From contig CAWFAD010000016.1 in NCBI GenBank assembly GCA_963813815.1, positions 416,001-480,000 of the forward strand: DNA of 64,000 nt, given 5' to 3'. This DNA is from an uncultured bacterium. GTDB taxonomy: Bacteria > Krumholzibacteriota > Krumholzibacteriia > Krumholzibacteriales > Krumholzibacteriaceae. Shown in pieces: positions 19,535 to 28,349 of the stretch. Positions within the stretch are counted from its first letter, which is position 1; the number at the start of each line of letters is the position of its first letter. Under the pieces are notes generated by a model, which ran no database searches, had not been told where the DNA came from, and was given only the letters and a program-made list of their open reading frames with translations. Both the position numbers and the translations under genes were made by a program.

Positions 19535-20956
19535 CTACCTCTCCTTCGGAGAGCGGAAACTCTCGGGGTCGACGGCGTGCTTTTTCATGAGATCGTGGAG
19601 CGTGGGGCGGCTCACCTCGAGGCTCTCCGCGGCGGCCGACACGTTTCCCCGGGATCGCAGAAGCGCCGCGATGATGAGACGCCGCTCGAGATCGTCGCGC
19701 GCCTCCTTGAGCGAGGTCGGTTCGATGGGGGCGGAGGAAGCCGCCGCTCGTCCGCCGCGCCCCTCCGCGGAACCTTCGGGCTCCGGCAGGTCGAGGTCCT
19801 CCGGGTTGATGAGCTTCCCCGTCGCCATGATGACGGCGCGCTTCACGCGGTTTTCGAGCTCGCGGACGTTCCCCGGCCAGGGGTAGCGCCCGAGCGTGAT
19901 CTGGGCGCTCTCGCCGAATCCCCTCACGTTTCTCGAGTATTCCCGGTTGTAGAGGTGGAGGAACCGGGTCGCGAGCAGCAGGATGTCCTCGGCCCGCTCG
20001 CGGAGCGGCGGCAGCGCCACGTTCACGGTATTGATGCGATAGAACAGATCCTCGCGGAACGTGCCGTCGGCGAGCATCGAGGCGAGCTCGCGATTCGTCG
20101 CCGCTATGATCCGGACGTCGAGCTTCGTGGGCTCCCGGGCGCCGATGCGCTCGATGACGCGGTCCTGCAGAAATCGCAGTATCTTCACCTGGAGCGGCGG
20201 CGTGAGCTCGGCGATCTCGTCGAGAAAGATCGTGCCGCCGTCGGCCGTCTCGAATTTGCCCGGACGCGTTTCGAAGGCGCCGGTGAAGCTTCCTCGCTCG
20301 TGGCCGAAAAGCTCGCTCTCGAGAAGGTTCTCCGGTATGGCGCCGCAGTTGATGGGCACGAACGGGGCTTCGCGCCGCGGGCTCCGGCTGTGGATGGCCC
20401 GCGCGACGAGCTCCTTGCCCGTCCCGCTTTCCCCCGTGATGAGGATCGAGACGTCCGTCGCCGCGACCCGCTTGACCGTCTCGAACACGTCGAGCATCGG
20501 CTTCGAGATCGCGACGATCCCCTCGAACTCGTGCTTGTCGCTCTCCTTCCGCTTCAGCGAGAGCACCTCGGTCTCGATGGCGTAGAGATACGCCGCGCGG
20601 CGGAGGATGAGGCGCAGCTCGTCGCTCGGGATCGTTTTCGAGCAGAAATCGTAGGCCCCCTTCTCGATCGCCTTGAGCGCGTTCTCCCGCTCGTCGTGGC
20701 CGGTGAGGACGATCACCTTGATACTCGGATTGATGAGGAGGGCTTTCTCGAGGATGTCGAGCCCGGCGACGTTCCACGGCTCGCCGGTGAGGGAGAGATC
20801 GAGCAGCATGAGTCCGGGTTTCCGCGTCTTGACCGCGGCGATCGCCTCGGCGGCGTCGGCCGCGGTGACGATGCTGAAGTCGTTCTTGAACGCCCACTCG
20901 AGCTGTTTGCGGATCGCTTCCTCGTCGTCGACGATGAGCAGTGTCTTGGACGGCAT
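19535..20956 (-). CDS. prsR: PEP-CTERM-box response regulator (receiver, sigma54 AAA+, HTH)
   Basis: LLIVDDE..IRKQLEW, LLDLSL, GESGTGKE, ESELFGHERGSFTGA, FLDEI, FREDLFYR, WPGNVRELEN, VSRPTLHDLMKK. Located in the exosortase operon. Confidence 0.92.
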   Translation of the reverse strand: MPSKTLLIVDDEEAIRKQLEWAFKNDFSIVTAADAAEAIAAVKTRKPGLMLLDLSLTGEPWNVAGLDILEKALLINPSIKVIVLTGHDERENALKAIEKGAYDFCSKTIPSDELRLILRRAAYLYAIETEVLSLKRKESDKHEFEGIVAISKPMLDVFETVKRVAATDVSILITGESGTGKELVARAIHSRSPRREAPFVPINCGAIPENLLESELFGHERGSFTGAFETRPGKFETADGGTIFLDEIAELTPPLQVKILRFLQDRVIERIGAREPTKLDVRIIAATNRELASMLADGTFREDLFYRINTVNVALPPLRERAEDILLLATRFLHLYNREYSRNVRGFGESAQITLGRYPWPGNVRELENRVKRAVIMATGKLINPEDLDLPEPEGSAEGRGGRAAASSAPIEPTSLKEARDDLERRLIIAALLRSRGNVSAAAESLEVSRPTLHDLMKKHAVDPESFRSPKER

Positions 20957-20962
20957 CGAATA

Positions 20963-23066
20963 TCCAGCTCCTCGCCGCCGGCAGAGCGGGCAGCGTGACG
21001 GTCACGGTCGCTCCGGCGGCCGGCGCGCTCTCGATCGAGACGTTCCCGCCGTGCGCCTCGACGAGCGATTTGCAGAGAACGAGCCCGACGCCGAGGCCCT
21101 TCTTCTTCGTGCTGTGAAACGGATGAAAGAGGTGCTCCTTCAGGTAGTCGGGATCGAATCCCGGCCCCGAGTCCTTCACGGTGATGCGGGCCCAAGAGTC
21201 GTCGATCGCGGTCGACGGAGACGCCGATCGTCCCGCCCGGTTCCGCCGCTTCGACGGCGTTGAGCATCAGATTCTCGATGATACGGGTGATCGCCGGCGT
21301 CGTCGGCGCTGGCCCGGACGCCCGACTCCACCGCCGGCTCGACGCGCGAGGCCTTTCTGCGCAGCGAACGGCTCCAGATCGCCCGCCGCGCGTTCCACGA
21401 GCGAGGATAGGTCGATCTCCGTTTTCGCGATCGTCGACGGCAGCTTGCGGACGGTGAGGGAGGTGATGAGGCTCTGCATCTTCTCGACGGAACGCTGGAT
21501 CGTTTCGAGCGCGTCGCTCTGGAACTCGGGGTTTCCGATGTTGACGCGGGCGTTCTCGGCGATGAGCGAGAGCATTCCGACCGTGTTCTTGAGGTCGTGA
21601 ATGACGAAGGAGGAGAACCGGTTGAACGACTCCATCTGGCGCGATTCGATGATGCGCTCCTCCATGATCATCTTGTCGAGCGCGAGCTTCGCCCGGTAGG
21701 CGACGATCGAGAGAAAATCTTCGTCCTCGTCCGTGAAGGATCGGCCGAACTCCATCTCGCCGAGCGCGATGATGCCGCGCGTGTCGACGCCCTGCCCGAG
21801 CCTCGCCGCGAGGCGAATCCACGACCAGTCGTCCCCTCCCGCGGCTTCTCCGCCGGAAGCGCCGCGCGGTCTCTCGAGGGGCCGCTTGAGCACGATGACC
21901 GGCCGTTCGGCCGTGCGCCGCAGCAGCTCCTCGACGAGCTCCGGGTCGATCTCTTCTCTCGCGAAACCGTAGAATCCCGCCTTGCCGGCGCCGGCATTCA
22001 CCCAAAAGAGACCGCGCCGCACGGCCATCGTGTCGCAGATCGAGCTCGTGACATTCGAAAGGAACTCCTCGATCGACGCGCCCGTTTCCATGATCTCCGC
22101 GTAGCGCCGCCATTCCTTGCGGTAGTTGTACCGCTGAAGGTAGAAGCTCTCGTTGAAAAAGGTGCGGAAGCGGCGTTTTGCCTTGCCCGAGATCAGGAGG
22201 GCGAGCAGCAGGAAGACGCCGAAAATGCCGAGAACGGTGACGAGATAGCGGTCGTACGGAAGACCGAGGATGCGCGCGAAGAGCGTTATGAGGCCGAGGG
22301 AGAGGAGATAGAGCGCCGAAACCGTGACGCTCACCAGCGAGGGTTGTCCGCCCCTCGGCGCCGCGATTCTGAGATCGAAGAGCGGGTAGCGCAGCGACGC
22401 GTAGAGAAACGACGCGCAGAGCGCGATGACGCCGCACGAATGGATGGCGATGCCGTCGTGATCGATGGTCGCGATCGCGAGCACGGAGCTCATGACGGCG
22501 ACGTTGATCACGGAAACGGTGAGAATGCCGAGGAAGGGATACTTGAGGGTGACCTTGTCGGCGACCGACGCCGCGCGGTACGCGTTTTCGAAGAGATGCA
22601 GGAAGAGGATGTTGGCGAGGATCAAATACGCGGCCGCCGCTTTGCCGGCGGGAGTGAAGGTGAGCCCCCAGAACGCGCCGTCGTCGGTGAAATGGACGAG
22701 CGCCACGAAGAGTCTGGCCGGAAGGACGGCGACCGCGGCCGCGATCAACGCGGTGAACGCCGCGATCCACGGCATCCGCCGGACGAGGATATCCCCCGGA
22801 TTCCGGCGCGCGAAGGAGCCGAAAAAGGGAATCGCGAGCGCGGGAAAAAAGACGAGCAGCGCGAGCGCCGTTCTTCCGTGGGCGAGCGCCCGGGCGGGAT
22901 CGCGCGAGAGAAGCATGAGAAGGATCGATGCGTGGGACGCGGCGAGGACCGCCGCCGCGAGAACGAAGAGGCGCCGCCGCGGGCTCCCGTGCGCTCGCAG
23001 GTGGAAGGCGATCACCGCCGCGAGCAGCGCGAGCGAGGCCAGCGTGAGCAGCGCCGGGAGGTTCAC
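20963..23066 (-). CDS. prsK: PEP-CTERM system histidine kinase PrsK (apparent frameshifts near 20965 and 21210-21350)
   Basis: Multi-TM N-terminus, FYLQRYNYRKEW, FNRFSSFVIHDLKN (H-box), NPEFQSD. HATPase motifs (ENLMLNAVEA; VKDSGPG, PFHSTKKKGLGVGL) are spread across frames. End coordinate is inferred. Confidence 0.85.
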
Positions 23067-24578
23067 CGCCGGCCTCCCCGGAGACGCTCCAGCTCGTCAC
23101 CGGCGACGCGCGCGAGCTCGGTGCCGGGGTATTTCGCGACGCAGGCCTCGAGGATGCGCGCGGCGCCTTCGGCGTCCGCGAGCTCGCGCTCGTGAATCGA
23201 GGCGGCCCGCAGGTAATTCTCCCGGAACGGCGAATAGTCCGGATAGCGGTCGGGGAGCTTGACGAGCAGCTCGGCGGCCTCGCGCCAGCGCTTCCGCTCG
23301 GCGAGGGTGCGAACGACGTATTCCTCGGCCATGATGCGGGTGCTCTGCCGCCGCTGTTCGCCGGCGAGCTTTTCGTAGTGGGCGAGCGCCCGGTCGTACG
23401 CCGCCGTCGCCGCGTCGGGTTCCCCCTTCGAGACGTACGCGCGGGCGACGCGGAGCGGCGCCTCGAAGCCGCGGAGCGTTTCGGGGTAATCCGCGTAGAT
23501 CGCCTTGTAGCGCAGCGACGCCTCTTCCCAGCGCCCCTCGCGCTCGTCCATCTGGGCGAGCTGCCAGGACGCCTCGACCGCCTCTCCCGGCCGGCCGGAG
23601 TAGGAGTCGATTACCCGCTCGTAGAGAGCGCGCGCGCCGCCGGGGCGCCCGGCGCCGCGATCGATGAGCGCGGCTGCGAGCAGCGCCGCCGGCGCTTCGC
23701 GTTCCCGCGGATATCGCTCGGCGATCGAGACGAACGTCGCGCGGGCTTCCGCCGGGCGGCCGAGCCCGTTCTCCTGTATCGTGGCCTCGATGAACAGAAC
23801 GGAGGAGACGTCCCGGGGCTCCGGGTACCGCTCCCGAAGCTCCCGTGCCAGAGCGAGCCCGCGGGTCCAACTCTTGCGCTGCAGGTGGACGGTCAAAAGG
23901 TTGAATCTCGCTTCCTTGAGAATCCGCGGATCCTTTTCGATGGCGATGACGCGCGAGTACACGTTCTCCGCCTCGCGATACCAGCGCGCGGCCTCGTCCG
24001 CTCGTCCCGCGCGAGTGGCGAGATCGGCCAGCTTGAGCGGAGTCACGAGGTAGCGCGGGTTCATGCGCGCCGTGGCGGCGGCGAGTCGACGGGGAGAAAC
24101 TCGCGGGGAATCGCTCGTAGAATCCGGCGGCAGCGCCGCTTTCGCCGAGCTCCTCCGAGATGACGCCCGCCGAGTAGAGGGCGTTCGCGCGCGCGGCGGG
24201 GAGCGCTCGCGAGCTCGATCGCCTTCTCGAAATCGCTCCGCGATTCCCGGAGCAACCGCGCGCGGAACTCGAGCTCGGCGAGCTCCATCTGCGCGGTGAC
24301 GACGATCTCCTCGATCTCCCTCGAGCAGCCGGCGGAGCCGCGTACTCGCGCACGATGCCGCGGTAGGCGTCGGCGGCTCCGGCCAGAAACTCGGGCCGCA
24401 TGCCGCCTTCGGCGAGGTTTTCTCTGAGAGAGCGCGCCTTGAAGAGCCTCTTTTCCGCGGCGTAGCGTTCGTCGCCGCTCCGCGAGCCGCAGGCGCCGAG
24501 CAGCACGAGCGCCGCGAGAGCGCAGGCGGCTGCCGGCGCGCTCCGCGCGCGCGGTCTCCGTCCGTCAGCGTGCGTCAT
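23063..24578 (-). CDS. Tetratricopeptide-repeat lipoprotein of the PEP-CTERM locus (PrsT-like position; apparent frameshifts at 24060-24340)
   Basis: Lipobox LGAC at the 24578 start. TPR pieces in three ORFs (5' part of 23097..24578, 24061..24288, 23063..24064) with repeated 'Y..I...YP' helices. Confidence 0.75.
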
Positions 24579-25402
24579 TTTTTTTCCTCTTTCAGGCGCG
24601 TGGCGAGAAAGTAGATCGTGAGTCCTCCCACGAGGAGGTACCCGCTCGCGAATTCCACGAGCTCTCCGGCGATCCGCACGTGCACGAGAAACTCGGGGGA
24701 AATCCGGAACGCGATCGTCCGGGGATCGAGGGTGAGGAGCATCGTCGGCAGCGCGACGACGAACGGCACGGCGACGAGCGTGATGGATTCGGCGAAATGC
24801 CGCGCCGCGAAACCGGCGCTCCTTCTCGTCGCATCGATCGCGGAACGTCCCTCGAGAACGATGAACGGAATGGCGTACAGGAAAAGCGCCTGCACGGCGA
24901 TGCTCAGGGCTATGCCGATCGCGAGCCTTCCGGCGTCCGGGATTCCCGGCAGGCGGGCGAGGAGAGAGGCGGGATACCGGAACGCCGCGAAAAGAGCCGC
25001 CGAGGCGATTCCCGTCGCCGCGGCAAGGTGAAAGTAGCGCGCCCGCGCCGTCAGGCGACCGCCCGCACGGCGGGGCGTTCGCCCGTCTCGCGAGCGCGAC
25101 GAGGAGAACGGTCGCGGCCTGCAGGACGAGAGAGCGAGTATCTCGAGCGGGATGTCGAGCCGCCCGAGAACGATCGGCATGACGATGAGCCGGTCGGGGT
25201 AGTGCGAGAGCGCCTCGGCGCTCGATCCGGGCAGCAGGATTTTCCAGAAGGCGTCCGCGGGCCCGGACCGTCCGTAAGCGTAGAGGACGATGAGGGAGAG
25301 CTTGAGAAGGAAATAGAGCGCGAGCGGGCCCGCGACGAAGCCGTGGCGGAGGAGGCCGATCGCGGCGCCGAACGCCTTCAGGACACGCGCTATTGCGGTC
25401 AC
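24575..25402 (-). CDS. Multi-pass membrane protein of unknown function (internal compensated frameshift at about 25050-25140)
   Basis: GTG overlapping the epsI stop; several TM segments; LFLYAIPFIVLEGRSAIDATRRS; one out-of-character stretch. Confidence 0.7.
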   Translation of the reverse strand: MTAIARVLKAFGAAIGLLRHGFVAGPLALYFLLKLSLIVLYAYGRSGPADAFWKILLPGSSAEALSHYPDRLIVMPIVLGRLDIPLEILALSSCRPRPFSSSRSRDGRTPRRAGGRLTARARYFHLAAATGIASAALFAAFRYPASLLARLPGIPDAGRLAIGIALSIAVQALFLYAIPFIVLEGRSAIDATRRSAGFAARHFAESITLVAVPFVVALPTMLLTLDPRTIAFRISPEFLVHVRIAGELVEFASGYLLVGGLTIYFLATRLKEEKK

Positions 25403-26097
25403 GATCCTTCTCTCCCCCGGCGCGGCTCCGAGGACGGTGTTCCGCCGCCGATGCGGGCCGGCGTTATATCGATGTGAGGAGCGATCTCCCCGGCGAAGCG
25501 GACGAGCGCCCGCTCGGTCTCTTCGATGTTCCCGTTCGCCCCGATCTCCGTCGAAAAACGGACGAAGACGGTCGCCCGCGGCCGCCCGAGAAGCGAGCTC
25601 TTCATCTGACTCCATTTGAGCGCGAACTCGTCCGCGAGGACGCCGTCCGCCGCAAGATACCAGTATAGAACAAATTGCCGCTCGACGCCATTCGAGATGA
25701 GGAGCCTTCCGGCCCTCCAAGCGGCCCCTCCTGCGGCGACCGGGGACCTTCCCTCCTCGAGGATGTTCCAGCCCGATCCCGGGTAGCAGTGTTTGGGCGA
25801 ATGAATCTGGGAGTTCTCATGGGGCGCGGCGAAATACCCGATGAAGAGCCGTATCGGCGGCTCGCCGGCGCGGCGGTACGTGCGGACGAGCGTCGCGTCG
25901 GCTCCGAGAACGTCGAGCGTGTTTTCGTCGAGCGCCTCGTCGTCGGCCGCGTAGCCGGCGATCTCGGGGGGGATGCGCTCGAGCGCCGGGGGCGGCGGCG
26001 CCTCGACGCGGCGATAGCGCATCGTGAAGGTGTACGCGATGAGCGCCGCGAGTAGGGCGATTATCGCCGCGTACGCTGTTTTCTTCCCTGCAACCAT
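25399..26097 (-). CDS. epsI: EpsI-family exosortase-associated protein (DUF3485)
   Basis: N-terminal TM; LDVLGAD...RTY, IRLFIGYF, IHSPKHCYPGSGW, VLYWY, FVRFS. Confidence 0.9.
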   Translation of the reverse strand: MVAGKKTAYAAIIALLAALIAYTFTMRYRRVEAPPPPALERIPPEIAGYAADDEALDENTLDVLGADATLVRTYRRAGEPPIRLFIGYFAAPHENSQIHSPKHCYPGSGWNILEEGRSPVAAGGAAWRAGRLLISNGVERQFVLYWYLAADGVLADEFALKWSQMKSSLLGRPRATVFVRFSTEIGANGNIEETERALVRFAGEIAPHIDITPARIGGGTPSSEPRRGREGS

Positions 26098-26936
26098 GCG
26101 AGCGCGCTCCAGACGACGAGCAGCATGACGAAACCCGTGCCGAACACGATGAGCCCCGAGACTTCGTGAAGGACTCCGTCCGCGAAGGCCGGCCCGGCCA
26201 CGCGGGCTCCGACCGCGGTGAGCGCGAGCCGGATCGCATTGGCGGCGATCGCTATGGGGACGGAGGAAACGGCGAGAATCGCGCGGGCGCCCGCTGCGAG
26301 CCTCGATGCGGCGCAGAGAACGAGCGCGAGCGTCACGAGCGTCATGAGGGAGCGCAGCCCGCTGCACGCCGCGACCACCTCGAACGTATAGTCGGGGAGA
26401 ACGAGGATGTTGCCGCGGCGGATGACCTCGAACCCGATGCCGTGCAGCGCCCCGGCGGCGAGCTTCGCGCTCAGTATCTGCATCGGAAATGTGACCCGGT
26501 AATAGATGATGTAGGGGAGAGGGATCATCAGAAAGAGAAAGAGGAGCGGAAAGGCGAGGGCGCGGACGAACGCCGCGCCCCGCAGCAGAAGCAGAATCCC
26601 GATGAGCATGAGCGGGAGCGAGAGGCGCGCCGCGAAGAGCTCCGAGGCGGCCGTTCCCGCGACGAGAAGCGCGGCCGCGAGGGCGAGAATCATTGCTCCC
26701 GCCGCCGGGGCGCCCTCCCCGGCCGCCGAGCGGAGGATATCGCGTCTTCGCCAAAGGAAGTAGGCCGAGACGAACGGCACCGCGAGCCCGTGCTGGTAGT
26801 TCGGGTCGAGAACGAGCTGCCTCGCGAGCGGAACGAGCACGGGAAGGTAGAGCGCGACAAAAAGCGCCGCCACAACGAACGCCGCGGCGCCCGGCTTCGC
26901 GGGCGGCCCGGCCATCTCTCTCGCTGCTCCGCGCAT
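26061..26936 (-). CDS. Exosortase (EpsH family)
   Basis: DPNYQHG, FPLLFLFLMIPLP, EVVAACSGLRSL (catalytic Cys), ANAIR (Arg), LHEVSG (His). Confidence 0.95.
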   Translation of the reverse strand: MRGAAREMAGPPAKPGAAAFVVAALFVALYLPVLVPLARQLVLDPNYQHGLAVPFVSAYFLWRRRDILRSAAGEGAPAAGAMILALAAALLVAGTAASELFAARLSLPLMLIGILLLLRGAAFVRALAFPLLFLFLMIPLPYIIYYRVTFPMQILSAKLAAGALHGIGFEVIRRGNILVLPDYTFEVVAACSGLRSLMTLVTLALVLCAASRLAAGARAILAVSSVPIAIAANAIRLALTAVGARVAGPAFADGVLHEVSGLIVFGTGFVMLLVVWSALAWLQGRKQRTRR

Positions 26937-27016
26937 GGCGTACCCTCCTCCCCGCCTATTTCTAAACCGCCTGCGCCCATCATACAAGCGAAATGGGGCT
27001 TTGCTGAAGGAACGGC

Positions 27017-27053
27017 AAAAAAAAGAGCGGACGCTGCAGCAAGCGCCCGCTCT
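27017..27053 (-). terminator. Rho-independent terminator after the PEP-CTERM gene
   Basis: Minus strand AGAGCGGGCGC-ttgctgca-GCGTCCGCTCT followed by a T run. Confidence 0.8.
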
Positions 27054-27080
27054 CGCACCAGAATATGGAGAAGGAGTTTC

Positions 27081-27791
27081 TTACTCCTTTTTCCTCCTCA
27101 GTATGGGGACCATGCCGAGGAGTCCGAGACCGAGAAGGCTCAACGTGCCCGGCTCGGGGACCGCGCCGTAGTAGGAAGCGTCGCGCGAGTAGGCGTTCAC
27201 GTACGTCTCGCCGTTCGCGTCGATCCCCACCGCGTCGAAGTGAACCCAATCATAACCGCTCACGATGACGTTGACAAGGATTTCGTCGCCCCACCCGGGG
27301 GTATTGATCGTGCCGTGCGCGTAGTTCAGCGCGTTTACCTGATCGTTGTCGACGCGGCCGAGCTCATAGAACTTGAAGGCTCCCGCGTCGCCGGCCGGCG
27401 AATGGTACTGCAGGGACGGGTTCGCCTGAATGGCGCTCGGAACCGCCGCGCCATACACGTCGAAGCTCAGTATCTCTATGCCGTTGATGTAAATGTTTCC
27501 GCTCTGCCCCTCGGGCGTCGCGATCATGAGCCAGGTGTCGAGATACTCGTAAACCGGCTCGCCCCTGAAGGTGAGAGATCCCCCGCCTTCGCCGCTCGCC
27601 GGATTCCAGTACCCCACTACCTTGAGATCGAAGGTCGAGTTGTGCGTGACCCAGGTCGCATACTCCCGCTGATAAATATGGTAGTAGTCCGAGCCCGTAA
27701 TGTAGGTCTGAAGCCTCGGCACCGATCCCGCGGATACGGCGAGGAGCATTGCGATCGTCATTGTAACTGTCAGTTTAGCAATCGGTTTCAT
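27081..27791 (-). CDS. PEP-CTERM sorted surface protein (resembles choice-of-anchor N domain proteins)
   Basis: Signal peptide; C-terminus AVPEPGTLSLLGLGLLGMVPILRRKKE. VPRLQTYITGS and VHFDA recall choice-of-anchor N (from memory, unverified). Confidence 0.93.
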   Translation of the reverse strand: MKPIAKLTVTMTIAMLLAVSAGSVPRLQTYITGSDYYHIYQREYATWVTHNSTFDLKVVGYWNPASGEGGGSLTFRGEPVYEYLDTWLMIATPEGQSGNIYINGIEILSFDVYGAAVPSAIQANPSLQYHSPAGDAGAFKFYELGRVDNDQVNALNYAHGTINTPGWGDEILVNVIVSGYDWVHFDAVGIDANGETYVNAYSRDASYYGAVPEPGTLSLLGLGLLGMVPILRRKKE

Positions 27792-27860
27792 TCTAAGGCC
27801 CCTTCTGGATGTCGACTTTCGTTATAATTGCCCTCCAAAATGTCTTTTCACCGGTAATGA

Positions 27861-27877
27861 TTGCAAGCGCCGTACCC
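27861..27877 (-). promoter_or_regulatory. Sigma54 (-24/-12) promoter of the PEP-CTERM gene
   Basis: Minus strand GGGTACGGCGCTTGCAA (GG-N10-GC with TTGCA), 70 bp upstream of the ATG. Confidence 0.75.
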
Positions 27878-27959
27878 TTTCATGACCAAAGCTTATGTTA
27901 TTAAAATACAAAAGGTTGCCTCAACTAAAATCAAGGGCGATATTCCCCAAATTTAAAAT

Positions 27960-27976
27960 TGTAAAAAATTCCGACA
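27960..27976. promoter_or_regulatory. Enhancer (UAS), candidate PEP-CTERM box/PrsR site
   Basis: TGTAAAAAATTCCGACA = TGT-N11-ACA, about 85 bp upstream of the -24 element across an AT-rich spacer. Confidence 0.65.
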
Positions 27977-28131
27977 CTTCAACGAACTGTGAAGCCGGTG
28001 GCCGGCAATCGATCGCGCTCTTGCGCCTTGGCGCATATTGACGCTCATTTCTAGGTAGATTGCACTATATTCATCGATGTGGCCCATATACCCAGAATCG
28101 CATGAACTATAATTTGACAACATTATTATAG

Positions 28132-28160
28132 TTGAAATTCCAATTTGGATTTGTTATAAT
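28132..28160 (+). promoter_or_regulatory. Near-consensus sigma70 promoter with extended -10
   Basis: TTGAAA (28132-28137), 17 bp spacer, TATAAT (28155-28160) preceded by TGn. Confidence 0.75.
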
Positions 28161-28253
28161 TCGGAACAAATAGCAGGTAATAATCGTTGAAGTAGAAGCG
28201 GCGCGGGTTCAACGACAAGGGGGGGGCGTTGGACAAGGAGGTAAATAGCGGGC

Positions 28254-28310
28254 ATGACCAATCGAGTTTTCGCCTCTTTGAATCGGCATTGTTTGAGCTG
28301 CATGTTGTAA
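28254..28310 (+). CDS. Candidate 18-aa leader peptide MTNRVFASLNRHCLSCML
   Basis: AAGGAGGT at 28235-28242, ATG 28254, TAA 28308-28310. Lies in the inferred 5' leader of the 28350 gene. Confidence 0.35.
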   Translation: MTNRVFASLNRHCLSCML

Positions 28311-28349
28311 TCGGCTCCCTATCATGAGCCGAGGCCGAAAGGAGTAGTC

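Noticed and set aside
28284..28299. Sigma54-like CGGCATTGTTTGAGCT upstream of the SWG-tail gene
   Set aside because: GG-N10-GC spacing fits but the -12 element is poor (GAGC), and a near-perfect sigma70 promoter explains transcription. Not fully excluded.
27792..28349. AT-rich island as a horizontally acquired element or replication origin
   Set aside because: No integrase, transposase, terminal repeats or DnaA-box cluster seen; promoters and operators account for the composition.
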